64,000 nt of DNA, taken from assembly GCA_000708835.1 (NCBI GenBank), contig DF237071.1, positions 121,945 to 185,944 on the forward strand. The letters are read 5' to 3'. Positions 12,778 through 24,767 of this stretch are shown one piece after another (within the stretch, counting starts at the first letter, position 1; every line of letters begins with the position of its first letter). Origin of the DNA: Klebsormidium nitens (taxonomy: Eukaryota > Plantae > Klebsormidiophyceae). The position numbers and the translations under genes were made by a program. Below the pieces are notes generated by a model that saw nothing but the letters and a program-made list of their open reading frames with translations, had not been told where the DNA came from and searched no databases.

Positions 12778-13631
12778 GGGCACACCATGCGTCTCCCATT
12801 TGATCACATGTGGACTTCTCGAAGGACGTCATTTGCCTGACAGTGACAGTGAAAGTCATTCTGGAAGCCGAAGATGCAGCAGTGGCAGCAGCACACAAAT
12901 ATTTAATCACCTACTTTGGGGCCTGGTTATATACAGATTGATGGATGCATTTTTGCCGATTCATAAATTTAGCTCATGTTGCTTGGTACATACCGGAGTC
13001 CGGATGGAGTGCCACGTTTACCCCGTGGATTGCCTGACTGCCGTGCACACTCCAGATTTAGCGGTCTACTGGTATTGGGTGACCGGTTTCAACATGGTTA
13101 TGAAGCCGGTACACAGAGTACCGTTGTGCACGTTCGAAGGGAAGAGAGTTCGAGAGGTTATAAAACATGAAAATGAGGCAATATGTGGGAAGAAGGGACA
13201 TTCGAATATGCATCGGAACTTGCTTGGAGCTGAACACACCGGGGTTTTCGGACAAGTCCGGTAGGTATTACCGGCTTGTGTAGACTTGGTAACGAGGTTT
13301 GTATTGGATCTTGATCTGGTCGGGTCTACGTCCCGGTTCGAGCCCTTGTCCTACGATTACTGGGTCTTTGGTCCGCGCCTGCAATTATTGTGCACAAAAG
13401 AGGCTGGGGTCACTTTTGACGTCACGGAAGCAGCCGCCGGGCCCCGGCCGGGTTAATGCAATTAAGAAGCTAGAAGCATTTTGGACCGTCCGATCGGCTT
13501 CCATGCGACAAAGTGCTGTCAAGTGATACCAGTACACACATATGTAACCCATCATCCTAGTTCTTAGCTCCGTGGCTGAGCTGTAGCAGAGACTAAACAG
13601 CACAGAGTTGAAAAGGTCGCTTCGAACAGCA

Positions 13632-16600
13632 ATGGCGGCTGTTGAATCAGCGACGGTGCAGCGTTCATTTGGATGCAATGCAATCCTGCTTCTTGTTGTG
13701 CTCTTGCTGGTTAGCACAATTTCTGGAACGGAAATTGCCAGTGCAGATTCCCAGGGTCATAAGGGGTCCAATGCCTCAAATGGCTGGACAAACATTCCAA
13801 CCCTTGGAGAGCTGCAGAAAAGGAACGCCCTGGGGACGTCTTTAGAGGTCAGATTTTGCAGCAACCACCTTATAGGGGGCCAAATTGATGCTTCAATGAT
13901 ATGTATTGAACTGTTGCCTCCCAATTTTCAGACACTTGGAAAACTGCTTGCGGAGCTTGTAATACATTATGTCAACAATTGGTTAATAGGGGTGCCGAAA
14001 CTAGGCTTTTGTAGAACTCTACACATTGTGTAGCCTGCTCCTTTCAAAGGGATCTATCGGTTGGATGTTGTACTGAGAGAATTGACCCTCTCATCGAGAA
14101 TTATAGTGCACTAGTCAGGTGTGCAGTTTCAAAGGCGTCAAGAAAGTTATTGGATGAATCGTTTTCGTTGCTTGCCCCCTTCTTCCTTTGCTCAAGCATA
14201 CAGAAGTTGCTACTTTTCGTCATCCAAGGGGTACACTACACTGGTTTTGATGCTACTTTACATCTTCAAAAACGTAGACTCCAGTAGTCTGCATCGTTCA
14301 TTGTGCAAAACTATCTGTTGCATCACCAAGCGAGCGGGACTGTACTCGCTTGTGAATGTTTACAGGAACATGTTCAGCTTGGGTGGTCTTGTAGAGGGGC
14401 ATGCAGTAACAATAGTTCGAAGTACTCAGTCTCACATTGTGGCACCGCAGATCCGCCACTGCAATCCATAGGCTTCTGACTGCTTGCTTGATGGGCCTCG
14501 GTTTCCATTCACTGAGCATTTTTTAAGGTGCTTTTCTCAAGCATTGGACCGGCAGGCCTTCTCTCGCCTAGATAGACAAACAGCGCCTGGCACCTCTCTC
14601 ATTCTCTGGCTCTCATCTTCTGTTCGGCGACGTCCTCCAAACAGGATGTGGAGTCTGCTTTCACCCGTGACTCTCAAATACAACTGCTGGAGTCTTTAGC
14701 CCAATACAGCTGAACAGACTATCTGACACCTACATGTTTTTGTTAAAGTATGAGCATGGCAAATTGGCACAAAACTAACGCATTCATATGTTGTGCCCTC
14801 CAGATCATCGAAGTCACCAAGCCGATAAAACGCCCGGCCACTGAGTCATGCACCATCACTCTGGTGCCAAGAACGGAGTTCCCCCCATCCCCTTACACGG
14901 GCCTCTACTACAACAATTACACAGGTTCTTTCACTGCGCCGAATGCAACGGAGTGCGGAGAAGACTGGAGCCTGGTCGTGCTTGATTGGGATGCATCCAG
15001 CCAGGGACGACAGTATGATCGATTCTCGGGGCTGTGGCTGGGCCGAGCAGAGGTATGTTTCTTTCTATCTCTTTCAAACTTCATTTCAGATTGTTACACA
15101 TTAGAACTATGACTTGGCTCACAGTCGTTGTATTAGCGGCACATTGAAGATGGCCCCTCCGCCCTGCTATTACTGAAAGATGGTCACCTGACAAAGTCTT
15201 GTAAGCCTCTTGTTATACCTGTCTCTTGCAAATAGGCGCCCAGAGTTAGCTCTCGAACAGCAAGAGCAGAGACTAGCGATGCCAATTGTGAGTCTGATGA
15301 TAGACGAGCATTTGTTGATCTCAGATGCCTTTGCCTTGATCAGTCAAAAGCAGTCAGCAAGATGTGGAAAGACGTTCCTTGGCCGCATGTCACTGTTTTG
15401 CAGAACCCACAGACAACAGCATCCATTGGCACACATTCAGATGAATGATTATACATTGGAAGTTCTTGTATGTTTCGCATAGATCCTTGACATTGTTCTG
15501 TTCAATCTCAACATGGCCACACCTGTTCTAATCCCTATTCTTGACCTGCCTTTCCAATTTTGACCACCCACTGTTGATTCACAGTCAACGGGATGTTCTG
15601 GCTGATCCGGAAGGGACTCGCAAATCTTCTCCCTCCATCCTCATCTATTACCCCCATTTCTGGAAAGCTAAGCGTACCTCAACCCTCCCTACACCTTTCC
15701 CCCTGCCACGAATGGCATCCACTGATGCATCGGCAAAGATGTCACCCACGGATCTCTCCCCTTTACCCCCTTGGTAATCTTCTCATGAATTCCGGATCGA
15801 GTTTCTCTTGCCTCTTTCTGGAACCTCCTCCTGACCCTTCCCGTAATCCACCTCTACAGCTACTCCGCACGTCCACGGCGGAGCCGACAGTCAACGGCAT
15901 CCACTGGCACATCGAGAAAGACGTCACCAAACTTTCCGCCCTCTTCAAATCGGACCATGACGTCTTCATGGAACTCGACAACAGCATTGGGGGGGTGCTA
16001 TCCGGGATCTTTACCGTTGAGGTCACGCTAACCTTCTACCGGGCGACGAACGAGACTGACGCGCAAGAACTGCCTGATGTGGTTTTGCCGATCGCCAACA
16101 AGGAGCCGGGGCATGGGTACTGGTTCGTGCTCAACGGAGGTTCCAAGTAAGCACTCCTTGGCGGAAAGTTGCTGAAATTCTTGTCCTAATTCAAAGCTTT
16201 AAAGCACCTTCCGAGCACCTTTGAGACGCTCTGATTCGTGGATTCACGGTCTTTTCACGGCCATCAGCATCCCGAAGAAGGCTCGGTTTTTTCTTATCGG
16301 ATGCGGAATTGTCCAACGGATGCAGTTTTGTGGCACAGTCGAAGATCAGAATTTTGGGACCTATTCGATGTGTCCAGTGTCTATCTGGGAGTCAAAAGCT
16401 GTCCCGAGTATCTGCACCATCATCAAAACAAGAGGGCGATTGATGTACGGCACTTCCTTGTACCGAAGACTTTGGCAGCCCGAAAAGGACGAGAAACAAA
16501 AGAGCGGTTAAATGTACGGCACTTCATTGTCCCGAAGACTTCGGCAGCCCGGAAAGGACGCAAAGTTGGCGTCTTAGACTAAAGGTTGGAAAGTGTCTGT

Positions 16601-19211
16601 GCTCGCATCCGCTAGGGGCGACCTAAGACGACATTGGGCTTCACACACTCTAAAAGGTTAGCCCAATGGTCTGGTCCAGTCGGATTTGTGCACCCAGGTC
16701 AAATTGAGCTTTGTGCCGCGCCTGAATTCTTCGAAGTGGCCGCAGTCTCCACCTGACCACTCTTTAGTGCACTACGTCGAGCTTCCAAACCTATTTTCTA
16801 GCATGGTTTCGAACATGTATCCGCTTCTCTTGGTGTTCGCAGTGGCACGGGCAACTTTGAGAACCTTCCGCAGAACATCTACCGTGCCGAGCTGGAGATC
16901 ATCGCGTCCCCCCACCTGTGCGAAGAGTTTTGGTACACGGACCCTCCAACCGGGGTCACTACCGACTTTGGGTGCAAGTCGCTCGGGGCGTTTCATGAGG
17001 TGGGTTGAAGGCCGGGCGCGGCTTGTTCTCTGACCACGAGTTACGTCGAAGGTTTTGAAGTCAATTACCGTTCCTTAGCGATGACTCTCAGCTTCCGGAT
17101 CGCCCACACCCCCTCGAGTGGGCTTCCTAACGGCCGTCGGCAAGGGTCTGGAGCAACATTCAGGAGAAGGGTCGGGGCCGGGGTTTCCTTGGCCTTGCAC
17201 CATCGATTCTTAGAGCGCTGTCGATCGCGAAGCACAGCCTTCCTTCAGAGTTGCATTTGTTGGTCGTAAAAAATTCGACTGATGCGAGGAAGGCTTGTCC
17301 CGTTTAGCGACCCCATCCTCTCCTAAATCTATCCAAGAATTCGTCGATCAACTTTTAACACCTTCATCGTCGTCGACCTCAAAAGCAATGGATGAGGCCG
17401 ACGCTTCCACTCTTGATGACCTCGAGCAGAGGAAGCTTGAAGAGCAACGCATTCGGCGAGCAGAATTTACTTCTGGCGTCCTCTCGTGTAGTTCAGGTGC
17501 GTGCATTTGTCGACGGCGTGATTGCCGGAGCGGCCTGGCCGACCCCGGTTGTATTCACCGGGGGCTTCGACCCTTACTTGTGGCACCCCGTGGTTGGAAC
17601 CGGGGCGTTCCTGGGGCCTAGTTACACCCTCGATTTGACGCCGTTTGTGGGCCAACTCGTCGATGGGAAACGGCACTCGATCGCGATCGATGTTGCGGGG
17701 GATACGAGCTATTGGCTGGTGAGTGAATTGGGCGGAGTGTGAACGGGCGGGAGGATGTGAATAGGCTGGTATCTGGATATCGGTGGCGGTCTGAGTGCAG
17801 TCAAACGCAGCAGCTTGTGTATTGTCCCCTGGGATTCATGCGAACAAGTATTCAGAAGATATGCAGAGTGTATTGAAAATTGCCAGCAGCACTGGTTGTC
17901 AGCGCTTGACCTCGGAGATGAATTGACGGAGCATGATAGGCAGGCTTCTATCGTAAGACCTTCGCTTGTGTCTTTGGACGTTTGCGCTCAACCTTCATAG
18001 TTTACTGGCGATGCTGTCTAAAAGTTCGAGGAGGCGGCTTTTGTGTTTCCAGGTTTTTCACTACTAATGCTTGTTGTCGTTGACCCGGAAGAGGAAACTG
18101 TGGAAGACGCCAGTCGGAGCTTCTTATAGTGAACTGGCACGGGCCGAAAACAAACCTGTGTCAGGACTGCCGAACAATTTCGACGGCTTCTTGAGTTGCA
18201 CACAGCCAGCTAGAAGTTTCTCCTCTTTGTCGGTCGAATTGAGACACGGCATTTCTGAGTTGGTCGAAGCGAGTCTGAAACCAGTTCAGCATCAAAGTCC
18301 GAAGTTTACCGAAGTTCTCCCGAAGTCCCGAAGCTCGGAAGGTACTTCGCAAACGCGCGATCTAGAGGATTGTTCCGTAAATGTGAGTTTTCCATAAAAT
18401 CAGTAAGCAGGCCATCCTGGAGTTAGAAAGGAGGGTGATCTACTCGTGGAGATTGTTTGCACCATCGGGCTTCTGGATAAAAAAAAAAAGGGCTGCACGG
18501 TCTCAGCCAAGAGACCTCACCAACATCTGTACGTTGTCTAGATAAACAATAAACATTCTGTCCTCTCTACAGGTTGACGCCAATCTTCTTCTATGGCTAG
18601 ACCCTGACTCCAACCAAACCTCTGGGGGGGTCCTGAAGCACAAGATCGAGACTGACGTCGTCCCCCTGGCAAGCGGTTACGACGAGAGCGCCAAGCGTCA
18701 CGATTACGTCAGCGGGTACGTGGCGTCCTCCAAAGGCAACCTGACAACTGTCATCTCCCGCTCGTTTGATTTCTCAAACTCCCAAGAGTACGTTAACTTC
18801 GGAGCGCAGCCGCAAATCGTGGGTTGGAAGCAGCTAACCCACGTCAAAAGCAAGGTCAGCACAAAGGCTAGCGGTGCTAACAACGCACTGTACGAGTTTG
18901 AGACGGAAGAAACCACGCCGTTTAGTGGGCAGTTCAATCCGTATACCGGCGGGGTTACGCTGAGCAAGGTTAACCGTCTGAGGACGAAGCTAAAGAGGGG
19001 CGACGATCCCGAGATGGATTCGTATCTGGTTAACGTGCAGACTGCGACTGACCCTGCTTTTGGGGCCGCCACTGCTCATGTGGTCCAGCAGTATAGCGTC
19101 GCTGGAGGGGACGAGTGCTATCAAAGAATGCTCACCACGGCTTTCGGAGCGATTGCGACAGACGTGGAGAGCACAGAGGGATGCCCGCAAGTAGGAGCGG
19201 AGGTTGTGTAA
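13632..19211 (+). CDS. Peptide-N4-(N-acetyl-beta-glucosaminyl)asparagine amidase A (PNGase A family), secreted, 589 aa
   Basis: Exons 13632-13847, 14804-15052, 15860-16146, 16843-16999, 17497-17718, 18573-19211; phase-consistent, 1770 nt. Family motifs GRQYDR, ELLRTSTAEP, EEFWY, VFTGGFDPYLWHPVVG, LDLTPF and WLVDANLLLWLD. Hydrophobic N-terminal signal (ILLLVVLLLVSTISG). Confidence 0.93.
15581..15746 (+). repeat. Two degenerate intronic copies of the start of PNGase exon 3
   Basis: 15711-15746 matches exon nt 15893-15928 at 29/36. 15581 onward reads TVNGMFWLIRKG against exon TVNGIHWHIEKD. Confidence 0.7.
16443..16560. repeat. 69-bp-period tandem duplication in PNGase intron 3
   Basis: 49-nt unit atgtacggcacttc...aaaggacg at 16443-16491 and 16512-16560 (45/49 identical). 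Confidence 0.85.
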
Positions 19212-20328
19212 TTAAGCAAAGCCTTTATGTATATCTGAGTCAGGTCCGACCTTGGACAGGCTGCCCCTGGTACGGACATTATTAACTACTAAAATTGAGC
19301 CCTTTACTGTGGTACAACTCCCACGATCCTTAGCTTCGGTGGAAGGTCAACCTGAGAAGCTGGGTATTTGGGTGCAGCTAGCCTGAGCCGGCCAGCCTGG
19401 CCAGCCTGTTGGGAGTTGGTCACCGCGCTCAGTGCAGCTGAGGCGGCCTAGATTTGCCTCGTGACATGATATGGTGGTGCCAGTACAATGATCACGCCGC
19501 CGATGCGTTAATATTACTAGTGGCTGGCCCGCAGCCTCAATCCGCTATATAAGTTTCTCGTGAAAAGATGAATGTTCATCCGGCATATATGCATGTGCTG
19601 CCCCTTCAATGCTTGTCCTTATATGTTGATCAATATAGCTGCGGTGGATCGGATTATTACATACCGGCCAAGTACTGAGCACGACGGTATACGTGCCAGC
19701 CGATTATCTAATCTATATACTTGCACCATGAGGCTAGGCCTTACCGGGGTTTCCGAGCCGCGGCCATACCGTCTACTGTGTGGCACCTAGCTAGATGAGG
19801 CGGCCGGCAAGTATAAGCTGCCAGTCGACCGCGTCAGCTTTGCTCATCAGTAATATGTAGCCCGCGCTACCTCCTTACTGTCCAGTGAACGCGCAACGTA
19901 CCGGTTCCATGAGCTGTTGACTTTACTGGTGACTGAGGAAAATTGCACGCATCATTGGCTGGCAGTGGTTGCAAGCTGTGCGTAACTTAGGAACCCAGAC
20001 TTAGACTCATGGTCAAATGGGCCGCGGCGTTCATCATTCGGGTCACTCGACTCCGTCTGATCACATGCCAGCCAGGCTCGACTCACAAACGACTGGGACA
20101 TTCGAGCAGTGATTGATGTGCACTTGTCACACAATAATTCCGTTGACTCCGAGGCTCACATCCAAAATCACCGCGCGTCTCCAGGTCGGGCATCGGTGCA
20201 TGTTAATTTTTTTTTGACGCGGTAAGTTGCTCATTGCGTTTGCAGAATGCACGTCAGGTCGCACTGCATGTCTTGGATGTCTCGAAAGTTGGGCGACCGT
20301 GCTAAGAATGTTCTATACCTTGACAAGA

Positions 20329-23300
20329 TTACCGTCCAGACTCGATATCCGCAAGGCGCATCGTCACCGCCCTCCGGTGCGCATCCAACCCCTCGACCCC
20401 GGCCATCTTTGCAACCGACGGGCCCAGATTCTGCAAACCTTCTTTCGACAGATTCTGCACCGTCATGTACTTCACAAACGAGTCGAGCGAAACGCCGCCG
20501 TACATACGCGCATAGCCATACGTCGGCAGAACGTGATTCGTGCCGCTGGCGTAGTCGCCGACGCTCTCGGGGGTCCAGCGGCCCAGGAAAACGGACCCCG
20601 CATTTGTGAGATTGGGAAGCCAATCTTCGGCATCCTCCACGTTAACGATGAGATGCTCGGGAGCGTAGTCGTTGGAGAAAGAGGTAGCCTGCAGACGGGA
20701 ACAAAGGGTTGAGAGCTGCAACATGTGAATTGAATTGACAAAAGCGCGTCGGCACAGACTAGATCGCACTTGTCATTCGCCGAAGTAAAAAGACGGAGTG
20801 TTGAAGGAGTAGCTTAATAAGAGAATAACAAAGCTGGGTCCGAAAGGGGCAGGCAACGATTCCAAGAAGAAAGATCTCGAAAGGAGCTATTGGTCTTGAC
20901 AAGAAAGCGAAGCCATTTGCGTCCGGACTTTACTATCGCAACTACTAGAACCTGTGCCCCAGTCATTGCAGATCCTCAGAGACTCCGACTGCACCAGAGG
21001 GTGACAATCTGCCGACCTCGAAGTCAAGTTAAACCGCATGCAAATGTAGAAAAAGTCGCCTTGATCCAAAACAAGCACTTTGCAGACAAAGAGAAAGCAT
21101 TTTGCAGACAAAGGAACCTCTAAGGAGCGGTTCTTGATGCTCTTCACCTTTACATTACAGCTACGCTTGAAGCAAGAAGTCCGCACTCAGTCATAAAGTT
21201 TCCAGGAATCGATTTGAGAAATAGAAAAAGACAAGAAGCTGCTCACACCTAAGATAAAACAAATGGGCGCCGGCTCACCTGCGCAGCAGTCTCCACCTCG
21301 ACGATGTAACTGTGCTCGAGCGCCTTGCGTGCGATGCTGCCACGTGGCAGCGCGTCGCACTGCCGGTCCACCTCGGCGCGCACCGCATCTAGGTCCACCC
21401 CAGGGAGGGCAACCAGCACCACCTGGCTGTCGGGGCCGTGCTCCGCCTGAATAGATAAGCAGAGACTGACGTCAGATACGCAAGAAACCGATGTCAAAAA
21501 CGCAAGAAGCTGACGTCGACAAATCCAGAATGGTGCGTTTCGTCACCAATCTTCCTACCACGACGTGACGTTTTCTAAAAGCAGACAGACCGCCGGTTAG
21601 TCCTCCTAATGGAGGGGGCGACAAGCAAGGTGCTCGGGCGTGCTCCTCCTGGTGCCACGTGAGAAAGATGACGTCAGCAATGTCGAGTGGACCTCTTTGT
21701 CCTGTATGCCTTCCATCTCCATTTGTGAAGTCTGCACCCATACTAGAATATAGTCGGAGTGGCGACTCCAACCGTGAGCAAACGTTCTGAAGAGGTCGCT
21801 AGGATGATCGATCGCCAGCAATCTGATCACGAACGTCGTTAGACCTCCGGACCCTTTACTTTCGGATTTTTCGAACATGAGCCACAGTTTTCACTTTATC
21901 TCCCTGCGATAGCACACCTGACGTCACTGGTGGGCAAATTCGGCCTTCCGTGTGAAATTCGAACAACTCCTGACGCCTCATCTGGCATCCTAGATTGAGT
22001 GAGCGCCGTTTATTCAGCACTGAACTTCTCAATACTTTCAGCTTCCTCATCAATAACCACGCAAGAGCGGATTTCAAGACCTTAAATCACCTGTGAAAGC
22101 AGATCCGACGCCACGTGCGCAGGACTCGCTCCCCCGTCCGCAATAACAAGCACCTCGGACGGGCCCGCCGGCATGTCGATTGAGATCATGGCCTCACTGT
22201 TTTGCAGGAGCATCTTGGCGGCGGTGACGTACTGGTTGCCGGGGCCTAGAATCTTGTCCACCTTGGGACACGTGGCAGTGCCCCACGCAAGAGCGGCGAC
22301 GGCCTGCAAAGCAGAAACGAGTTAGGGTGAGGGTTACGGGATTGGTTTTGTAAGCAGGTTAGTGATATAAGCGTCCAAATTGGGACACGTGGCAGTGCCC
22401 CACGCAAGGGCGGCGACGGCCTGCAAAGTGTGCAGGAATCTTGATTGTCAAGGAAGTCAAAAAGATCCTAAACTGTCGGAGATCCATGTGGCTTCCTAAA
22501 CCGGGTTGTGAGGAAGAGCGGCAATGACTGCTGCTAGGGGCCCCGACGTACGATACGGGCCAGGAGCAATGGTGTGTGTTGTTGACAAGAAGGAACAAGT
22601 CACAAAAAAGGAAGGCTTGTATGCGCAGCCAGGCCGAACTTGCGGAAACTTGACCAAGCGGACAAAGCTGGAGGCTGACAGCTTCAGTAGAAAAGCACGG
22701 GCTGAAAAGTAGAGAAACCTGCGTAGACTTCCGATTTCACGGCCACTTTGACGGGTAACTACTGACCCAAAAAAGGAGAAACAGGGAAAAGCGGCTCCTT
22801 CCTACTCGATGACAGATAAAGAGCCTCGAAATGTAGGACCCGCAGCCGTCGGCGGCTGGTGAGAAACGGAAACAGAGGTTCACAAAAATACGGATACCAG
22901 CCAGCAAAGCTTACCTGCGCGCCCCCCGCCTTAAGAATGTGCGTGACGCCTGCCTTCTTCGCGCAGTAGAGCACCTCTGGAGCGATGCTCCCGTCCTTCC
23001 GGGGAGGTGTCGCAACGACAATCGTTTTGCACCCGGCGATTCCTGCGGGAACGGCCAACATGAGTGCGGTCGACGGGAGCACTGCGGTGCCGCCCGGCAC
23101 GTAGAGACCGACACGGTCGATTGGTCGGGCGACTCGTCGGCATTGAACGCCCTGCAAAGAGGAAGCAGCTGGTTCCGTTCATGTGGGCGTCTATATTTGT
23201 TTTGTCGTTTCAACGGGAGCCAAGAGAAAGCACAATCAGCATGGGGCGCGTGTTTGCGTTTTGTTATCCAGGCGAAAGATGGTTGGACCGGAGATGGACC

Positions 23301-24767
23301 CCTCTACCAGCGAAACCTCCGACGGTACTGAATGAAGCTAAGACTAATGATGACGCGGGTCAAATACACTTTCCGTAATCCTCCGCTCGACCGGACAATG
23401 GACTGGAGACTTTGTGACCATCAACAAGCTGAATTGGTCTACAGAATGGGTGCAGCGACAAGAGACAAACATCCTTTCCCTCAGTGCTCCGACGGACCTG
23501 AGACAAGGATTACACAAGGCTTTATGCAGAAACTAGATCGGAGGATGCGCGGCCAGCCAGCTCGAAAACTTCAATTTTGAGCTTGATGACATCAGTAAAA
23601 GCCTAAGGCAATGGTTGGACGGCGCAAACAACAAAATACAAAAGGCCCGTTATGTGATTGCTTCATCCTTCCTTCGTTTGGCAATTCCGCACCGCCCACT
23701 TGCCACAATCTTTGATCTCTCAACGGTCTTACCTTGATAGAACATTAAAAAAACACTCTAGGCTGAGGAAAGCAAAGGAAGGGGCCGTCGTTTCAATTGC
23801 GCTAAGCCGTTTCAAACATAAGTTGGGAAAGGAAAAAGGGGCACCCTACCGGCATTGTCTCGACCACCAAAGCCTGCGTCTTTTTCTGCGCAGCATGGAA
23901 CGCTTTGATGTTATCAAACGCGACGTCAAATGCTGCTGTAACGTCCGGATCCAACTGCGGGTCCGGCAGGTCCGACACTTTCACCACGACGTCGTCCAAG
24001 TTCGCCCCATCGAACTTCGCTGTGTACCTGAGCGGGATGATCGGGATTGGTTTGTGAGCTTGTTATTCCTTCCGTTTCAGAACCTTTTTAGAGGCCACTT
24101 GATGATGTACCACCACAGCTCGCGGCTAGTGTCAACATCTCTATGTTTGGATCGACACTGTCAAGCGACAGAGTCAAGAATGCCTGGGAACATTTGCCAG
24201 GGGCTGCGACGAAGACAAGGGCTAAAGTTAGGGGGCAAAAGATACTCACTCGCGCACCGCTTCATCCCCCCTTTTCTGCACATTCTCAATGATCGGCCCG
24301 ACGGTGTCAAAGATGCTCTTGAAATCGATCCTCGGCCGCGACAGAAGCTGCTGCAGATCCGCCCCCGCCACCTCCGAGAGCTTCACCGTACGCATCACGC
24401 GCTTGGGCGCTGTTGCGACACTCATTTCCACCCCCCCTTTTCCGGACCGGGGGGCCGCTAATCTTTCCGAGCCCTGGGATAAGAAGTTAGATTTGGTGGA
24501 GTTTGGAAGGGCGCTTTTCCCAACCGCTAGGAAGGGGTACTGGTCTACAGTTCGGCTGCAACTGTCTTGGAGTGACGCGTTGAAGCCTCTCCTACCTAGT
24601 TGTGAAGTGGGCGAGCGGGGGGGTCTGCCGAAGCTTGGAAAAGGGGCGCAAGCGGCGTCTGTGACGGGGGGGCCGCTTCGGGTTTGGTTGGAGGGGGGGT
24701 TTGTGTTGAGCGCTTGGGAGGCAAGGCTGGTGCGGGGACCGAGAGGGGGGCGAACAAGGCTGCTCAT
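20329..24767 (-). CDS. hisD: Histidinol dehydrogenase, monofunctional, with a transit-peptide-like N-terminal extension (~557 aa; start codon uncertain)
   Basis: Exons 24767(?)-24250, 24027-23850, 23151-22915, 22303-22091, 21446-21279, 20688-20329. Motifs [80 protein letters not shown] and EGLDAH. Confidence 0.96.
22380..22428 (-). repeat. Duplicated acceptor plus first 40 nt of HisD exon 4, inside intron 3
   Basis: 48/49 identical to 22263-22311, offset 117 bp, AG intact. Confidence 0.9.

Noticed and set aside
13270-13350. tRNA-like B-box (ggttcgagccc) with a possible upstream A-box
   Set aside because: The T-stem and anticodon stem do not pair and no cloverleaf can be built.
17295-18397. 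Coding-looking ORF fragments in PNGase introns 4 and 5
   Set aside because: No motif, start context or consistent splice chain.
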